Shown here: positions 18,219 through 33,884 of the stretch, piece after piece
How the letters are laid out: each line of letters opens with the position of its first letter
How positions within the stretch are numbered: the first letter of the stretch is position 1
DNA from: the human T2T-CHM13v2.0 reference genome, Homo sapiens
DNA: 64,000 nucleotides
Assembly (NCBI RefSeq): GCF_009914755.1
Contig: NC_060929.1
Strand: one strand, 5' to 3'
Notes under the pieces: generated by a model
What the model saw: the letters and a program-made list of their open reading frames with translations, nothing else
What the model was told of the DNA's origin: nothing
Database searches by the model: none
Position numbers and translations under genes: made by a program

Positions 18219-18220
<2 letters not shown>

Positions 18221-18252
<32 letters not shown>

Positions 18253-18277
18253 TCAGAGAGAGACAGAGAGAGAGAGT
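18221..18277. repeat. (CA)n-(GA)n microsatellite
   Basis: Direct reading. Confidence 0.9.
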
Positions 18278-18789
18278 CTATGTTGAAGTATTTTAGAGCA
18301 AATTATTGATATCATAATACTCTTTTTTCCACTTTTTTTAACTTGTCTTTTTCATATATGACTTTTCCATAGAGCTTTCTGTTCAGCCCTGTCTATTTCT
18401 TTAGGCACATACCTCTTGTTTTATTAGATGCAGTTATCATGATTTTCAGTCAGGACTTCATTGTGGAGACTTTCCTAACTGGTTTTCTGTCTTTCTACTT
18501 CTGAATGCTGACTTTTGCCCACATTAGTCACTTTGCTGTCATTAACTATAAGAGAACAAGGTGTCTCTGACTGAAGTTTCCTGTAATTACTTCTTTTCCA
18601 ACTGGAACTTGCTGTCACATTCATGTTATGCCCAGAGAAGCAGCTGTGTCTGTTACTTTTCAACATTTTTTTTCAGATATAATTTTCAGCCTGTCAGGTT
18701 TTTCAGATGTTTAATATTTATCCAAATAAAGTATTCTTCTAGGAATTCTTTCATCAGAATTTTTGAGATACATATATATGGCAAGCAGA

Positions 18790-19420
18790 AACAAGATACA
18801 TTCTCTGCTACCAAAAGATTGCTGTTTAGTTAATGTGCGGGATGCAACAGATAAACAGATAGTAATTATACTGTGTAAAAGCCTTTAGGGTAAAGGTGGG
18901 CACAGGTATTTATTAAAACCCATTGAAGGAGTTTCCAAAACAGCCTTTTTGCGAGTGTTTGGTTAGAGAAGGCTTCCTAGAGGAGGTGTCTTCTGAAATG
19001 AATCCTACAACACAAAGGATGACGTATAGGGATGCAGAAATGAAAGAAGACAGGGTGAGCTGAAGCTCTGTTTGAAGAAAGAGAAGTTCACATTCTTGGG
19101 ATGCAAGTAGCTCAGGAGATGAAGGTGGAGATAATTGAGGAGTAGCAAAAGATGAGTCTACAACAGTAAGCAGAGAATATATCACAGTGGGTCTTCTATG
19201 TCATGCTACAGAGTTTGAATATGTTAGAGACTTGACATAATCACGTTTGTGTATTACAAAGATCATTCCAGGAATAATAAAGAGACAAGATTGAAAAGGC
19301 CATAGTTAGAATCAGGCAGAACACAGCTGCTACTGCTAAGATTTAGCTGAAAAATTATGAGGTAATGAATTAAAACAGTGGAAATGTGAACGGAGAGGAC
19401 ATAAATCTCCAGCACCACTC
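18790..19420. mobile_element. L2 LINE relic
   Basis: Degenerate L2 motifs (agagaaggcttcctagaggaggtg, tgacataatcacgtttgtgtattacaaagatcattcc). Confidence 0.55.
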
Positions 19421-19592
19421 ATAGTACCTATCAAAATCAACATTTCATAAATATATTTGAATAAATGAAGCAATAGATAAAATTAAGAAATTTACACTAG
19501 GATTTGAAGGGGTGTCCAGCTTGAGCAGCAGAATTGAAAACTATAATAATGAGAGGTAGCATGAGGAAAACTTTGACGCAAAGACAGGCAGA

Positions 19593-19925
<333 letters not shown>

Positions 19926-21092
19926 TTAAAACAGGCAGATTTCAAGCGAATAAGTATCTTACCATTATTATATTGTTAGTATTCCAGAAATAATTTTTTA
20001 ATACAAAAATCTTACATTTTTGACATCTGATTGGATCATTCATAATATACTACCAAAACAATATAAATTTTATGTTCTCTGTGTTATCTCCACCAAAATG
20101 TGTATATCTTCTGGTTTATGAACTTCAATGTAAACATTGTATTACTGCTTAACTACAGTGCCCCTCTGCTGTCTGTCTAGTCTTTCTCTAGCTCTTTTCC
20201 TTTCTTACTTAAACCCATGCACACTTACATTGTGTTCTATGGTCTATCTTGAACATAACTTGCAGTATTTTAATCTGTGCCTGTATCTTCTAACCTGTTG
20301 GGATTATTGGTAAAGAAGAACCAGATCATTTTTTCAACTCTGTTCTCATTTTCTGAGCTGCCAAGCCAGTTATAGCATTTTACAATATTTGATGATGTGG
20401 GTCAACACAGGCTGGAAACACCTGTGCTCAGTAAGTACTACCCCATACCTATGTTCCTAAGCATGTCTCACAAAAAGGCAAATTCACCCAGAAAAATCCT
20501 CAAAGAACCCTAGTCTCACCCCTGGTTCGAAGGAGGATCCAATTGTGGATTTGTAAGCAATTCATCATGTTAAGCCTCTGCAAACTCAGCAGACATATTC
20601 AAAAGGAACATTAGGAAGATAAGTTCTTAGACTTCCCATAGTGTTCATGTACTTCCTATTTTTACAAAATGTGCTTCAGGCTCTCTGGATTTACATCTGC
20701 TCTTCTGTTTTTGTTCTTTTGTTTGTTGGTTGGTTTTGTTTTGTTTTTTGTACCTTACTGATTTGACTCACTCCAAGATTTTGTTTTCTGGTTTAAGGCT
20801 GGTCTTCTCCATCATCCTTAGTTATGACCTGAACAGTCAGTTCATCTCTCTTAGGCCAGCTTACATTTCTGCAGCTGCCTGCTGGAGGACAATGTAGGAC
20901 AGAGGCATCATGGAGTGATGAAGGGAGAGGTCCTTTACTTACAGGGACTGTTAACAAATTCCATCCAGATGCCAATGATTGTCTGAAAAGGAATGAAAGC
21001 TGATGAAATAAAAATACCTATTCTTATAGGCATCAGACAACTCACATTTCATTTGAATTAGCCAAATTTAAATAATATATTTGATGTTATAT

Positions 21093-21650
21093 AAGGATCT
21101 AGAGCTAGAAATACCATCTGATGCAGCAATCCTATCACTAGGTATATACCCAAAGGATTATAAATCATTCTACTATAAAGAAACATGCACACATACGCTT
21201 ATTGCGGCATTGTTCACAATAGCGAAGACTTGGAACAAACCCAAATGCCCATCAATGATAGACTGGATAAAGAAAATGTGGCACATATACACCATAGAAT
21301 ACTATGCAGCCATAAAAAAGGATGAGATCATGTCCTTTGCAGGGACATGGATGAAGCTGGAAACCATCATTCTCAGCAAACTAACACAAGAACAGAAAAC
21401 CAAACACCGCATGTTCTCACTCATAAATGGGAGTTGAACAGTGAGAACACATGGACACAGGGAGGGGAACATCACCCACTGGGGCCTTTCTGGGGGCTGG
21501 GGGGCTAGGGGAGGGTTAGCATCAGGAGAAATACCTAATGTAGATGATGTGTTGATGGGTGTAGCAAACCACCATGGCACGTGTATACCTATGTAACAAA
21601 CCTGCATGTTCCACACATGTACCCCAGAATTTAAAGTATAATATAAAATA
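21093..21650 (+). mobile_element. L1PA (about PA7-8) 3' end
   Basis: ORF 21081-21437 is the ORF2 C-terminus. The 3' UTR contains gcaaaccaccatggcacgtgtatacctatgtaacaaacctgca. Confidence 0.9.
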
Positions 21651-22089
21651 GATATTAGCCCAATTCACAGATTAATGTGAAAAAATATTTTCAATCATAT
21701 AATTATTGTCTCATTGACATAGCCTGATCTGTATAGCTTATATTTTTTAACATCCCCATTTATAGATAGGAAAATGATTCCTATGGTGATACCAATTTGA
21801 TTAAGTTTGTTCAATATTTATGTGGTTTAGACTTCCCTAAATTGGGAATATATTGATATGAATCCAAGTTTCCAAATCACATACGATATTTTATCATGCT
21901 ACTTAGGACTGCTTGGAAATATGATGTTAACTATCAAATATATTTTAATATTTATAAATAATTTCTTAATTTTAAACTGATAATATATTTTAAACAAGTG
22001 AGTTATCTTGTGGAAATATGTTTGATTAAATTTATTTCAAAACCTTCAAATCATAAGTGGATTATAAATTTACTCTTAGCATTGCAAAG

Positions 22090-22340
22090 CCCGAAGCATA
22101 ATGATTAAAAACAGCCTGGAACTGAATTGCCTGGGTCAGTTCTCAAGATTGCTACCTGCTAGCTGTTTGTCTGTGGGAAAGTCACCTAAACTCTTGTGTG
22201 TCTAATTTTCTTCATCTATAAATTAGGAGTAATTGTAGTATCTTTCTTACAGGGTTGTGGTAAATATAAAATGAGTTACAACTAGCAAAAATCAAAGAAC
22301 TGGCACAGACGATTATATCTATAATGTGTTTGTTAAATGT
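22090..22340. mobile_element. MIR
   Basis: MIR core-like sequence gggaaagtcacctaaactcttgtgtgtctaattttcttcatctataaa...cagggttgtgg. Confidence 0.6.
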
Positions 22341-23077
22341 TTTAAATGTTCTGTCAGTACAGTGTTGCATAAAATTAAGAATTATAGATGTTATATCATA
22401 GAATTTACTTAAACTTGAAATAATACCTTAGTTTTCTAAGATTCTCAGAGGAACAAAAACAAGGCATTTCAATAGAATAAGAATTCTAATGTTATTTTCT
22501 TTCTACAGATATCAAATTTATGTCTCGATTAAAATGAGTCTTTCTAATATTTTGTCTGTCTAAAAATGTATTGTGAATTTTTCAAAAACAAAATGTTGAT
22601 TATATGGTCAGCAAAATCAATAAGTCTGGCATTTCATATTCATAAAGTTTGATTTATTGTGATTATTACTGGTATTGTTCAATTTCCTATGTGCTGTCTT
22701 ACCAACAAATAGTATGACTCCTGAAGGTCAAAAATGAAATAAAAAATATTTTGTGCATCTGCTAGTTCAGTCTATTTTGAATGGCAAAGTGGTTGGCAAT
22801 TGCCTCATTGAAAATTTAATTTTCCTTTCATATCTTTCATCCTCTGTGGTTATATAAATGACTATATTTGCAATCATGTTTTTCCACAGATAAAAGCCCT
22901 GTGGGTTCAGTCATTGGTTAAACTTTAAAAATAAATACTGATGAAAGAATTCTTTATATCATATTTTCCTCATTTACTTATTCTAGTTAAGACCAAATTC
23001 TTTATGCTATTTTAAACTTTATTTTCTCTATTAAGTTCTCTTATATTGCTGCTATTCAAATTTTTTTCCCTACTTCA

Positions 23078-23915
<838 letters not shown>

Positions 23916-24544
23916 AAAATAAAATATATTCAAATGCAAACCTAATAAGCATTTGTTTTATGTTAAAATAACATAAAATGACATTTTCAGGTTTCATCAT
24001 TTTTTTGTTGTTAGCAATAATATTTATATATGTTTAAAAACATCTTCTCTGTTGTTAAAAAGTGAAATTTTTTTTGTCTGACGTCCTGTTTTTTTTCACT
24101 ATGATTACTCAAAATTCACTTGGATGATTTTTATTTTCATTTAAATCATACTGTGCCATATAATTCACTCAAACAGAAAAAGGATTCATCCAGGAATCCT
24201 TCCGTAGTTGATGCTGTTATCTGGTTTGTACACTCCTAGACAAAAAATTTCATGGTCATTTTAATATTAGTTGATATGCCCATTTGTGGCCAAGTCACTT
24301 AGGCAAAACCAGAGGGTCTAACTCAATATTTTTTAAAAAGTGACTGAACACATACTATAGAAACATCCACTGTCTGTTTATTAAATTGAAAGATACATGA
24401 CAAACACACTGAGATCAATCTACATTTCATATGTAGATCTTTGTACAGTAAGATTCTGGCCTTATTTTAATTTCTTTTTCCTAAAGACCTTTGTAAGAGA
24501 AGTGTCCCTGTTCTCATTCTGTATGGGTAGTGTGGAGACTCTCC

Positions 24545-24746
24545 TTTTTTTTTTTCTTTTTTTTTATTATTATTATACTGTAAGTTTTAGGGTTCATGTG
24601 CACAATGTGCAGGTTAGTTACATATGTATACATGTGCCATGCTGGTGTGCTGCACCCATTAACTCGTCATTTAGCATTAGGTATATCTCCTAATGCTATC
24701 CCTCCCCCCCTGCCCCCACCCCACAACAGTCCCCAGAGTGTGATGT
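24545..24746 (-). mobile_element. 5'-truncated L1PA3-like 3' UTR (~200 bp)
   Basis: T-tract then ttattatactgtaagttttaggg...cccattaactcgtcatttagcattagg...ccccagagtgtgatgt. Confidence 0.88.
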
Positions 24747-24819
24747 CTTTACCAGTAAAAAGGGTGCAGTGTTCTCAGTATAACTGACTTTAGACAAATA
24801 TATTCTTATAATGACCTAA

Positions 24820-25142
<323 letters not shown>

Positions 25143-25265
25143 TTTAATGTTATTTTTCAACTTTATGGATGCTACAATAAATTTAAATATTTGCTGTTTT
25201 ATTTAAATAATGTCCACCAAGTGCCTACTATGTACCAAGCAAAAAACAAGATAGTCATTGAAGAC

Positions 25266-25633
25266 AAAAATGATGAGGGCCTTGCCCTCAAGAGTTTAAA
25301 ATTCAATGTGATATCAACACAGATGTATTTTTTAAGGAATATATTATGGTAATTACTTAAATGAAAGTATAGAAAAAATGCAGTGGCCACATTAGGAAAG
25401 GAACACTTAGATTAAGAGATAGTAATGTGTGATATTTAAAAACATGAAAATAAAAATGATGAGGCCCTTGCCCTTAAGAGTTTAAAATTCAATGTGATAT
25501 CAACACAGATATATTTTTAAAGGAATATATTATGGTAATCACTTAAATGAAAGTATAGAAAAAATGCAATGGCCACATTAGGAAAGGAACACTTAAATTA
25601 AGAGATAGTAATGTGTGATATTTAAAAACATGA
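25266..25633. repeat. Tandem duplication, period 186 bp, 2 copies
   Basis: 25266-25447 aligns to 25452-25633. I count about 7 substitutions. Confidence 0.95.
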
Positions 25634-25639
25634 GTTTTA

Positions 25640-26700
25640 GAATCCTGTACACCGAGAGACAATTCTTTATTCTGCTACTTACTTGGCTGTGTGATCTTGT
25701 ACAAGGTGCTTAACCTCTCAGGGCTTTAGTTCCCTCATCTGTAAGTGGGAAAAATGACTACACCAGTAATATTGTGAATGTTTATTTAAACAATGTGTTT
25801 CATAAATGTCAGGCACAATTTATAAAGCCCTACCTGGAAAAATCAGGAAAGAATTTAAAGGGTCTGTTGAACTGAGCTTTAAAGTTTGAATAGAAACATT
25901 CCAGCCAGCTAAGTGTAGAATAATATCTAAGAAGAAGAGAATTACATGCAAGGGAAAAAGATAGGCAATTTTAGGGTGAATTTGCATATTCAAAAGTGGT
26001 TTATATGGATGGATTCAAAATACAAGCAATTACTACATAGCCATGAAACCAGATACATAGGTTGAGTCCAAATTATAAAAGCCCACCTGTCACATTCGGA
26101 CTATGGAAGGGAGGTGGTCACTGAAAATTTTTGATCAGTTAGAGGAATATGTTTATATTGGTACATCAAAATTATCACTTTTGAAACGATATTAAAAATA
26201 GAAATGTGACAAGAAAGGTTAAGGAAGGAAAAGTATTGCAGTGTAAGACAACAAATTTTAAGCCAACTTGATAATTAGAAACAGTGAGAAAAGATTGAAG
26301 AAGTGCAGCTGGAGAGGTAAGCACACAATCTAATTTTATTGTGGAGATTTAATTTATATTGGCTGGTTGGATGTGAGATGTAAATGATGAAAATTTGGCG
26401 AGTTTTCTCAGTTGGGTTAGTGACATTATTAACTAGGATGCTAAACAGATGAGGTATAAGTTTGTCATAAAAGTAGAAAATCATATGGTTGAGATATATT
26501 GAATTTAAACATTCTATGGGATATCTAGGAATAGACGTCGTATTGGACATCTTGCACAAATACTTAGATATCAGAAGACAAATCTAGACTGTGAAGCATT
26601 CCTCCATAGACAGTGGTTGGAGTTGTGGGTTATAAGGAATCCCAAAAATGAGGTTAGGAAGAAGGCTGACATGATAGCGTTAGAGTAATCAACATATAAA
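25640..26700. mobile_element. MIR fragment followed by L2 relics
   Basis: MIR core ggctgtgtgatcttgtacaaggtgcttaacctctcagggc...catctgtaa, then degenerate L2 motifs downstream. Confidence 0.5.
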
Positions 26701-28773
26701 AGTACGCACAAGAAGACCAACCCATATAGTTTATGAAATTGTGACAAACTGAAATTGATAATCCTTGAGAAAAAGATTAGGGAGAACTACAGCAGTTACT
26801 TGTGAAAAATGCAGATTTCTGGATTCTACCAAAGACTTACTGAATTGCAGTCTTTGAAGCTTTGCAAGACTGTGTTTTAAAAGTTAAGTAAAGATAGTCT
26901 ATATTGTAAAAGACTATTTAGAGTAGATCATCCTGTAATGAATTGAGGGTGAGTGGTAGATGAGGACATGGAGACACTGAAAAAAATCTACATGCTCATT
27001 TTAAGATTTGGCAGTGGAAGAAAGGAAAGAAAGAAATTGTAGGATGAGTGGGAAAATAAATATGTGTTGAGCATAAAAGATATAAAGGTAGGAAAGAGGT
27101 GATAGAAACAAATTAGGTAGGTAAGTTACCTCACCTGTTTTTATTTCAGTGTCTTTCAGTAGAAAAAGTACCTACTTCCTTAGGAGTCTCATGAAATTAA
27201 ACAAAATAATCTAGAAAAGACGGTACAATACTTTTCACATGAAAAAGTACCACATAGATACTAGGTGTTTTATTAGTGATATTTCTTCAGTTTCTAGGAT
27301 GGTCCTGGGCTAGTATAGGGTAAGAAATCCAAATGTCAACATCCATCCTTTATGTATCTCAAACACACACTAACGAGAAATAAAATACAGTACACTTACA
27401 AATAAGTAAATTGCTACATTCATCCACAGATATCTTGTTTTTGGGAATATTCTAAAACATTTGAGAACAACAAATCCAACATTTTTCAGTTAGAATTCCC
27501 AGAAGAAAATCCCTATCAACAATATCTATAGCTCTTAAACTTGGAGTTTTGTGAGGAAAACATGTTTCTATGCTATCTATATATGCCTTGGTGGTAGAAA
27601 GGATATATTGTTCAGCAGTTAACATTTCAGACATTGGTTGACTTCCAGAAACGTACATGTTTTAACACTTGGATTTTCATCGTTATTTTTATTAGTCAAA
27701 CCTGTCAACTAGTCCCCGAGGAAAAATTCACAGTGAAAGTTTGCCAATTATAATTAAGACAAAACATGTGAGAGCAGTTACCTCTATGAGCACACCCTGG
27801 TGAACAGATATTTAACTCCTGAGTGAACAACAGGTAACATTGTACTTGGATGTTGGTAAACTGCTTCTAATGAAAATGTATTCAAAGCTACTTTTTTCCC
27901 CCTGCTGCTCTCCCTTTGGTTAATGCCTTTCTAGCAGAGATATATTTATAAATGCATAGTATGTGCTTAACATCCAAGAGTAGAAACAAATATCTGATCC
28001 TTACCAATAAGCATTCCAGAGAAGCACACACTCTAATTTATACTTGGGTTTGATATTTAATTAGGTGAATAGTCATGTTTACTCTCTCATAAATAATATT
28101 TAATGGCTTCCTGTGTAAATATAATATGCTGCTTCTTGCCAAATGCCTTAGCTACACAATATTTGCTTAATAATAAACTCTTGGATGGTTTTAAAACAAT
28201 ATTTTATTTTATTTGCATGATTGCATGTGCTTCAGACTACAATGTAACAGCCTTGAGCTGTAAAATATTATTACACTATTATAAAACCATTACTTGTGAC
28301 TTAAATTCAACAACCACGACAACAAACAAGGCAAAATCTTCTATCACAGTATATTATTATGTTTACATATTGACCATGAAAATGATTTTAAAATGCATTT
28401 TTATCTCTAGCATTTAGGAAAATATACATCTTAAAGAAGCAGCATGTCAATGAACCATTCTAAATTAAGAGTGAAAACTTGGATGTAGCAACCTCCCAAA
28501 AAGAAGTCTATTTTTAATTACAAATGAGAGATTGGATTTGATAGTGTCCATGTTATTTGAGTGGATGTTATTTTTTAATGTACTTAGAATATCTTATACA
28601 CATTGGAGTTTTAGACATCACATTATAATAAATAATGAATAAGAATTCCATTTTTTTCCTCAGCCCAAGAAACGTACATCATATATTTATTGACTTAAAG
28701 CTTTAGGAGTTGAGACCATTTGAATAGTGTCTCAGGAATAAAGAATAGGGACAGGGAGTTAAACTTAGTGGGG

Positions 28774-28916
28774 GTATATGTGTGTATGTGTGTGCATGTG
28801 CGTGTGTGTGTGTGTTGAAATCTCTCTATATATACATATATATACGTATATATACACATATATACATATATACACATATATACATATATATACATATATA
28901 TGTGTATATATATATA
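28774..28916. repeat. Compound (TG)n / (TA,CA)n simple repeat
   Basis: Direct reading. Confidence 0.9.
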
Positions 28917-29917
28917 ACGTTTTAACCATTTTTAAGTGTGCTGTCTAGTGGAATTAAGCACATTACCTTTGTTGTGTTAATTTGGGTCTTGAGGGCTAAA
29001 TATCAAGTCTTAAATATGCTATCATTCAACATTACTTTTGCTTTTCAGAGCACATGTGCTGTTGAGGAAGGCAGATCTGCCTAAACTAGTTATGATTTAG
29101 AGAAAAATATTTTAATAGTTAAAGAGCAATGGGATAGAGATATTGTTTGCTAAGCAGGAGGAATTGCTTTTAGTACTGGAATAGGATGAAACTAGGGATT
29201 CTAGGCCCAATACCATATATATTCATTAGTAGGAATGACAATATTTTGTCTACTTGTTAACATTTTTGTCTTATTTTCAAATTGCTTCTAAACTTGAGAA
29301 ATGCAAGTGCTGCTATTTTTTGCTATAATCTTTCCTCCACTTTCAGAATAATAGGCCATTAATAAACCATTTAAAATAGACATGAAGATAATATTGTCAT
29401 ATCATCAAATTGAAAGCATGTGTGGTAACACTGACCTTTATTGCTTATATGAAAACTTGATCTCCCATGTTGAGCTGCTTCTAGCAAAATCGGCATAATT
29501 CAAATGAGCTCAAAGATAAAGATAAAATGATAGAAAGAAAAAAAGTTTAGTGAATTTGTATCCAAGATATTTAAGAATATGCCTGATTAATTAGGAAAAT
29601 CAATGTGTTCATTAAGGATCAATGAAAATGTTACCACTGACCCTTGAAAAGGTAAACACTCAATGAAGTGCCACATAATTTTATGTTTTAGAACACTGTG
29701 TCTACAATCACCACCTTTCTAAAAATGTAGCTTACACATCAGATAATATTTTATAGGTGTGATTCAACTGTCTTAAAAGAAGAGAAATATCATGCCATAA
29801 ATTTGATTGGTTTTTGTTCTTTTTTATATTCATAGTAACTCATCAAATTAACAGTTTAAGTTTATTCTTCCAAATGTTGCACATTCACCCACTATCAAGA
29901 AAATCAGGTCAAACTTA

Positions 29918-29932
29918 CATATATATATATAG

Positions 29933-29965
<33 letters not shown>

Positions 29966-29976
29966 GACACATACAC
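29918..29976. repeat. (TA)n-(CA)n microsatellite
   Basis: Direct reading. Confidence 0.9.
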
Positions 29977-30999
29977 AAAGTGACATGATGGGAATTTGTA
30001 TTAATGTTTAATTTGCTCTGCAAGTCCTGGAATTCTTTCACACAACTGCTCATTGCAGGCTGAATAAAATGCTCATTGATTCCTCTGAGATTTGGGGACA
30101 TAGATTTTTCAGTCTACTAAGAACATTTTTTATTTCCCACGGTGTAAGTAATCTTCAGTAAAATGACTGTATCTTTAGGTAAAACATATTAAAACTGTCA
30201 ACCGTTTTAAACATTTACTGCAGAATGAATTTCTGCCATTACCACTGAATACTGCTTCCTGAACACATGTCCACATAGTATTTCCTTAGAGACGTCTTGT
30301 TGAAAGATGTCTGAATCTGATCTGTATTTAGGCTGACATTCCCGTTATTCCAACTGGGAAGGTGTCAGCAATTACAGTTCATTCACTGAATGACAGGCAC
30401 TGTTGATATTCATAGATTTTCCCTCTTAGTGTCTTTCTTGGTTCATCATTTAAAGTCTCTTTTTATTTTTTTAACAGAATTTGGTCTCAAATCCAAGAAA
30501 TTTCATTGTATAGTAAATTCCTGAGACCAACAAGAAACAGTATGATCTGAAAGGAAGGAGAGACTTACAAGGAAAGAACAGCAGTAATTATTACTAGTTA
30601 GCAGGTCTGACCCACATTGAAATCAGAAATAGCTGAAATTTATCTTTAGTCCATCTCTTCTCTTACATCAGCTTTCTGTCAATATACCTTTCCAGCCTCT
30701 TCAGCTCCTTATTTCCAGAGATGCAGAGACATTGGGCCACAGTTGCTGTTTACCTTTCCTGGGAGAGATTCACTTTTTATTCATCTGTTTCCTCACTTCT
30801 TAGAAAAATAATTATTGTTATATAATTTTACTGTATTCTGCCTTATTGGCTAATGTGAATTATCTCATGTAGGTTTATTAATTTGAAGAAATACATTTTA
30901 CCATAGTGTGCTAATCTATCCTGCTTTCTTGTCTGGCATGAGGAAGGTTCATCCATACCTTATCAGAAATTGAGGCCAGTACATTCTTTCTTCATGCCA

Positions 31000-31655
31000 T
31001 ATCTTAATTCCTTTTTAGTGTTGCTTGCTGTTTTGAACGAAACATCTAAACTTAGCTGGCAGCTACCATCTCCAGCAGCCACCAGACACCTGGACAAAGG
31101 AGCACCAGCAAGAGATTCACCTTCGTGGATCCACAGGTGGTCTCCCTCTCAGAGGCTGGATTGTGGGCATGGCTTCAATGATATAATGTGAAAGTATTAA
31201 AGTTTTAATACTTATAGACCCTGGACGGTCCAAGGCAGGCCTTGAAGCCATATATTCAGAAGTCAGGAAGAAAAAGAAAGAAACTCATGGGTCAACAATG
31301 TAGTGTGGTCCATAGCATTTTTCAAACAGGTTTCCTGCAAAGAGTTTTAATTAGTGGATTTAAAGCAAGGAGGTACAAGTTCCAGGAGGTGATGCAGTGA
31401 CTGCTGCACAGTTCATGCAGGGTGTGAGGTCAACAGGTCATCAAGTAAGCTGACTCTAGCTGTTCTGTAGTGACTGGCCATGAAGGAGATATTTTATAAG
31501 GCAGATATTTAGATGAACCACATTGAGGAGCTGGGGGTGGGTAATGTAGAACTGGAAATTGTGTCAAGGATAGTTGAGCCCTGCTTCTAGTATGAGAAAG
31601 TCCAACATATATTCAAAATGGCTGCTGAGGCAACATAAAATTATAAACATTCAAT
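31000..31655 (-). mobile_element. ERVL-type solo LTR (MER54/73/74 group)
   Basis: The reverse complement begins tgaatgtttataattttatgttgcctcagcagccattttgaatatat...ctttctcatactagaagcagggctca, matching MER54-like consensus as I recall it. The left boundary is uncertain. Confidence 0.55.
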
Positions 31656-31904
31656 AAAGTGTCTTAATTCAGATCTATAACTATTCATTGTTTGTAGTGG
31701 TTTTGAAACATGTCTTCTTATTTATGGTATTTACATTTTCCAGGCTTTCAAGGACTTCCTGATTGACTTAAACATTCTATATGTTGCTTGCAACTTCTCA
31801 GTCCACCTTTGTAAAATTTGGTTGTGATTTTTAAGAAATATGGCTGGCTGTGTAGTCAACAGAATTACTTCCAGTGTAGTTACTAAACATACTAAAGTAT
31901 TTTT

Positions 31905-32610
31905 CAAATCAACTTTATTGAGCCATGATTTACGTACAATAAAATGTATTTAAGTACATTTAAGTGTACAGCTCAGTGAGTTTTGACAAATATATATATA
32001 TGCCCCTGAAACCATATTACAATCAAGATATAGAACATTTTCATCACCCTGAAAAGTTATGTCCTCTATAATCATCCACTAACACCCTTGGCTCTAGTCA
32101 ATCCCTGATGCATGAAATGTTTTCAAAATTATTTTTAATGTATGGCTGAAAAAAAAATTCACAGTCCAGAAACAATCAGAAATTGAAAAATCAGAGGAAT
32201 AAACAAACACTGGAGCTTGTGTTGTCCTGATAAGTTGGTGAATCTTGGAGCCCCACAGCCCCAGTTTAATTGGGATATTTGCAAAAATTGAGCACATACT
32301 AGGTCATAAAGCAAGCCTCAACAAATTCCAAAAAGGAAAGATTATACAGACTGTATCCCCTGTATAGTAAGGTAATTAAGATGGAGATAAGTGACTTTAT
32401 TTCTTAATAGCTCAAGGATGAAAGAAGAAATTATAACAACAATAAGGAACATACAATTAAACTATTTAAGAAACCCATATTTAAATAAATAAGATATAGC
32501 TAAATAATTTTAGAGAGGGAAAACTGTATATTTAAATGCTCATTTTTAAAAGGAAGAAAGCCTGAAAATGTGATCTGGGTTTTGAACTAAAAAATTCAAA
32601 AAAGGAACAA
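31905..32610. mobile_element. Ancient L1M fragments
   Basis: Antisense 3' end (caactttattgag...aatcaagatatagaacattt) and a sense ORF2-like piece (ggtcataaagcaagcctcaacaaattcc). Confidence 0.55.
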
Positions 32611-33136
32611 TGTATTACATTGCGTGTACTCTGGCCCCAGGAAAGCAGGGGTGACCTTGAGACAGTTAATACTTTCATTCCTGAAGGGATAGCATGGCGT
32701 CCACCCCATCCCCAGGACTATCCTAAATTCCTCCATTATTTTTCATCTATTTTGTCTAAGCTTGGGGAAATCTTTTACAATGGCTTTTAAATCTAATAGA
32801 GATCATGGCTTAATATTAACCACAAGAGACTTCCTTTGAAGGAGCCTCATTTTAAAGGGACGGCTGAGCTTTGAGAATGTCTATTTGACCACAGTGGAAG
32901 AAAGAGAGCCAAAGAAAGAGTAGAAGCAGGGAGCAATAAAGATTTGTAAGATATCAGAAAGGAAATATAGGATAAAGATAGGTTCAAGTTGTAGTTTAGG
33001 GTAATCCAATTTCAACATAATACTAAGTTTTCTATATATTTTTATTTGACTTGTTAAAGGAATTCTTAAGCAGGCAATTTTTGAATTTGAATGCTTTTCT
33101 TCAATCTTCCTAATACCAGTGAAAAGCATATGTAGA

Positions 33137-33513
33137 TGATACGGTTTGCTGTGTCCCACTCAATTCTCATCTTGAATTGTAACTCTCACAATTCCCACGT
33201 GTCATGGGAGGAACTCAGTGAGTGGGAGGTGATTGAATTTTGGGGGCGGGTCTTTCCTTTGCTGTTATTATAATAGTGAATAAGTCTCATGAGATCTGAT
33301 GGTTTAAAAAAAAATGGGAATTTGACTGCACAAGCTCTCTCTTTGCCTGCCACCATCCACGTAAGATGTGACTTGCTCCTTCTTGATTTCTGCCATGATT
33401 GTGAGGCTTCCTCAGTTACCTGGAACTTTGAGTTCTCCATTAAACCTCTTTCCTTTGTAAATTGCCCAGTCTCGGGTATGTCTTTATCAGCAGTGTGAAA
33501 ATGGATTAATACA
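33137..33513 (+). mobile_element. THE1 solo LTR
   Basis: tgatacggtttgctgtgtccc...gtgaataagtctcatgagatctgatggttt...ctttatcagcagtgtgaaaatggattaataca. Confidence 0.92.
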
Positions 33514-33884
33514 GTTAACCACTGAATGTTTGGGAATTTGTCCCCTTTATTGTTCTATGAATAACTTTTGTATTAAAAAATATTGTGCAAGGTGTTTGAG
33601 TACCGTGGTGTGTGGCTTGGTATTTCTCCTACTGGGGTTGCCTCCACCTGACCTATTTTTTTCCAGCACCCAAGTTTGGATCTCTAGACCACGTAGAAGT
33701 TCTGTGAGAAACTTGATATTGGTTAAATCCCTTTGTGCTTAAACTCAGTAAAGTAGATTCTTATGTCTATAGGTAACATTCATAAATTGATATAGCACTA
33801 TTCCAGTAACACAGAACTGGAAAAGTCAACCTAGAGTGCTGTGCAAGTTGTCTATTGGGTATGTCCCATATCTTGAACCGGTAT

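Noticed and set aside
20797-20990. Exon-like purine/GC-richer patch after a T-rich tract ending in AG
   Set aside because: No recognisable product and no clear donor site; cannot be supported.
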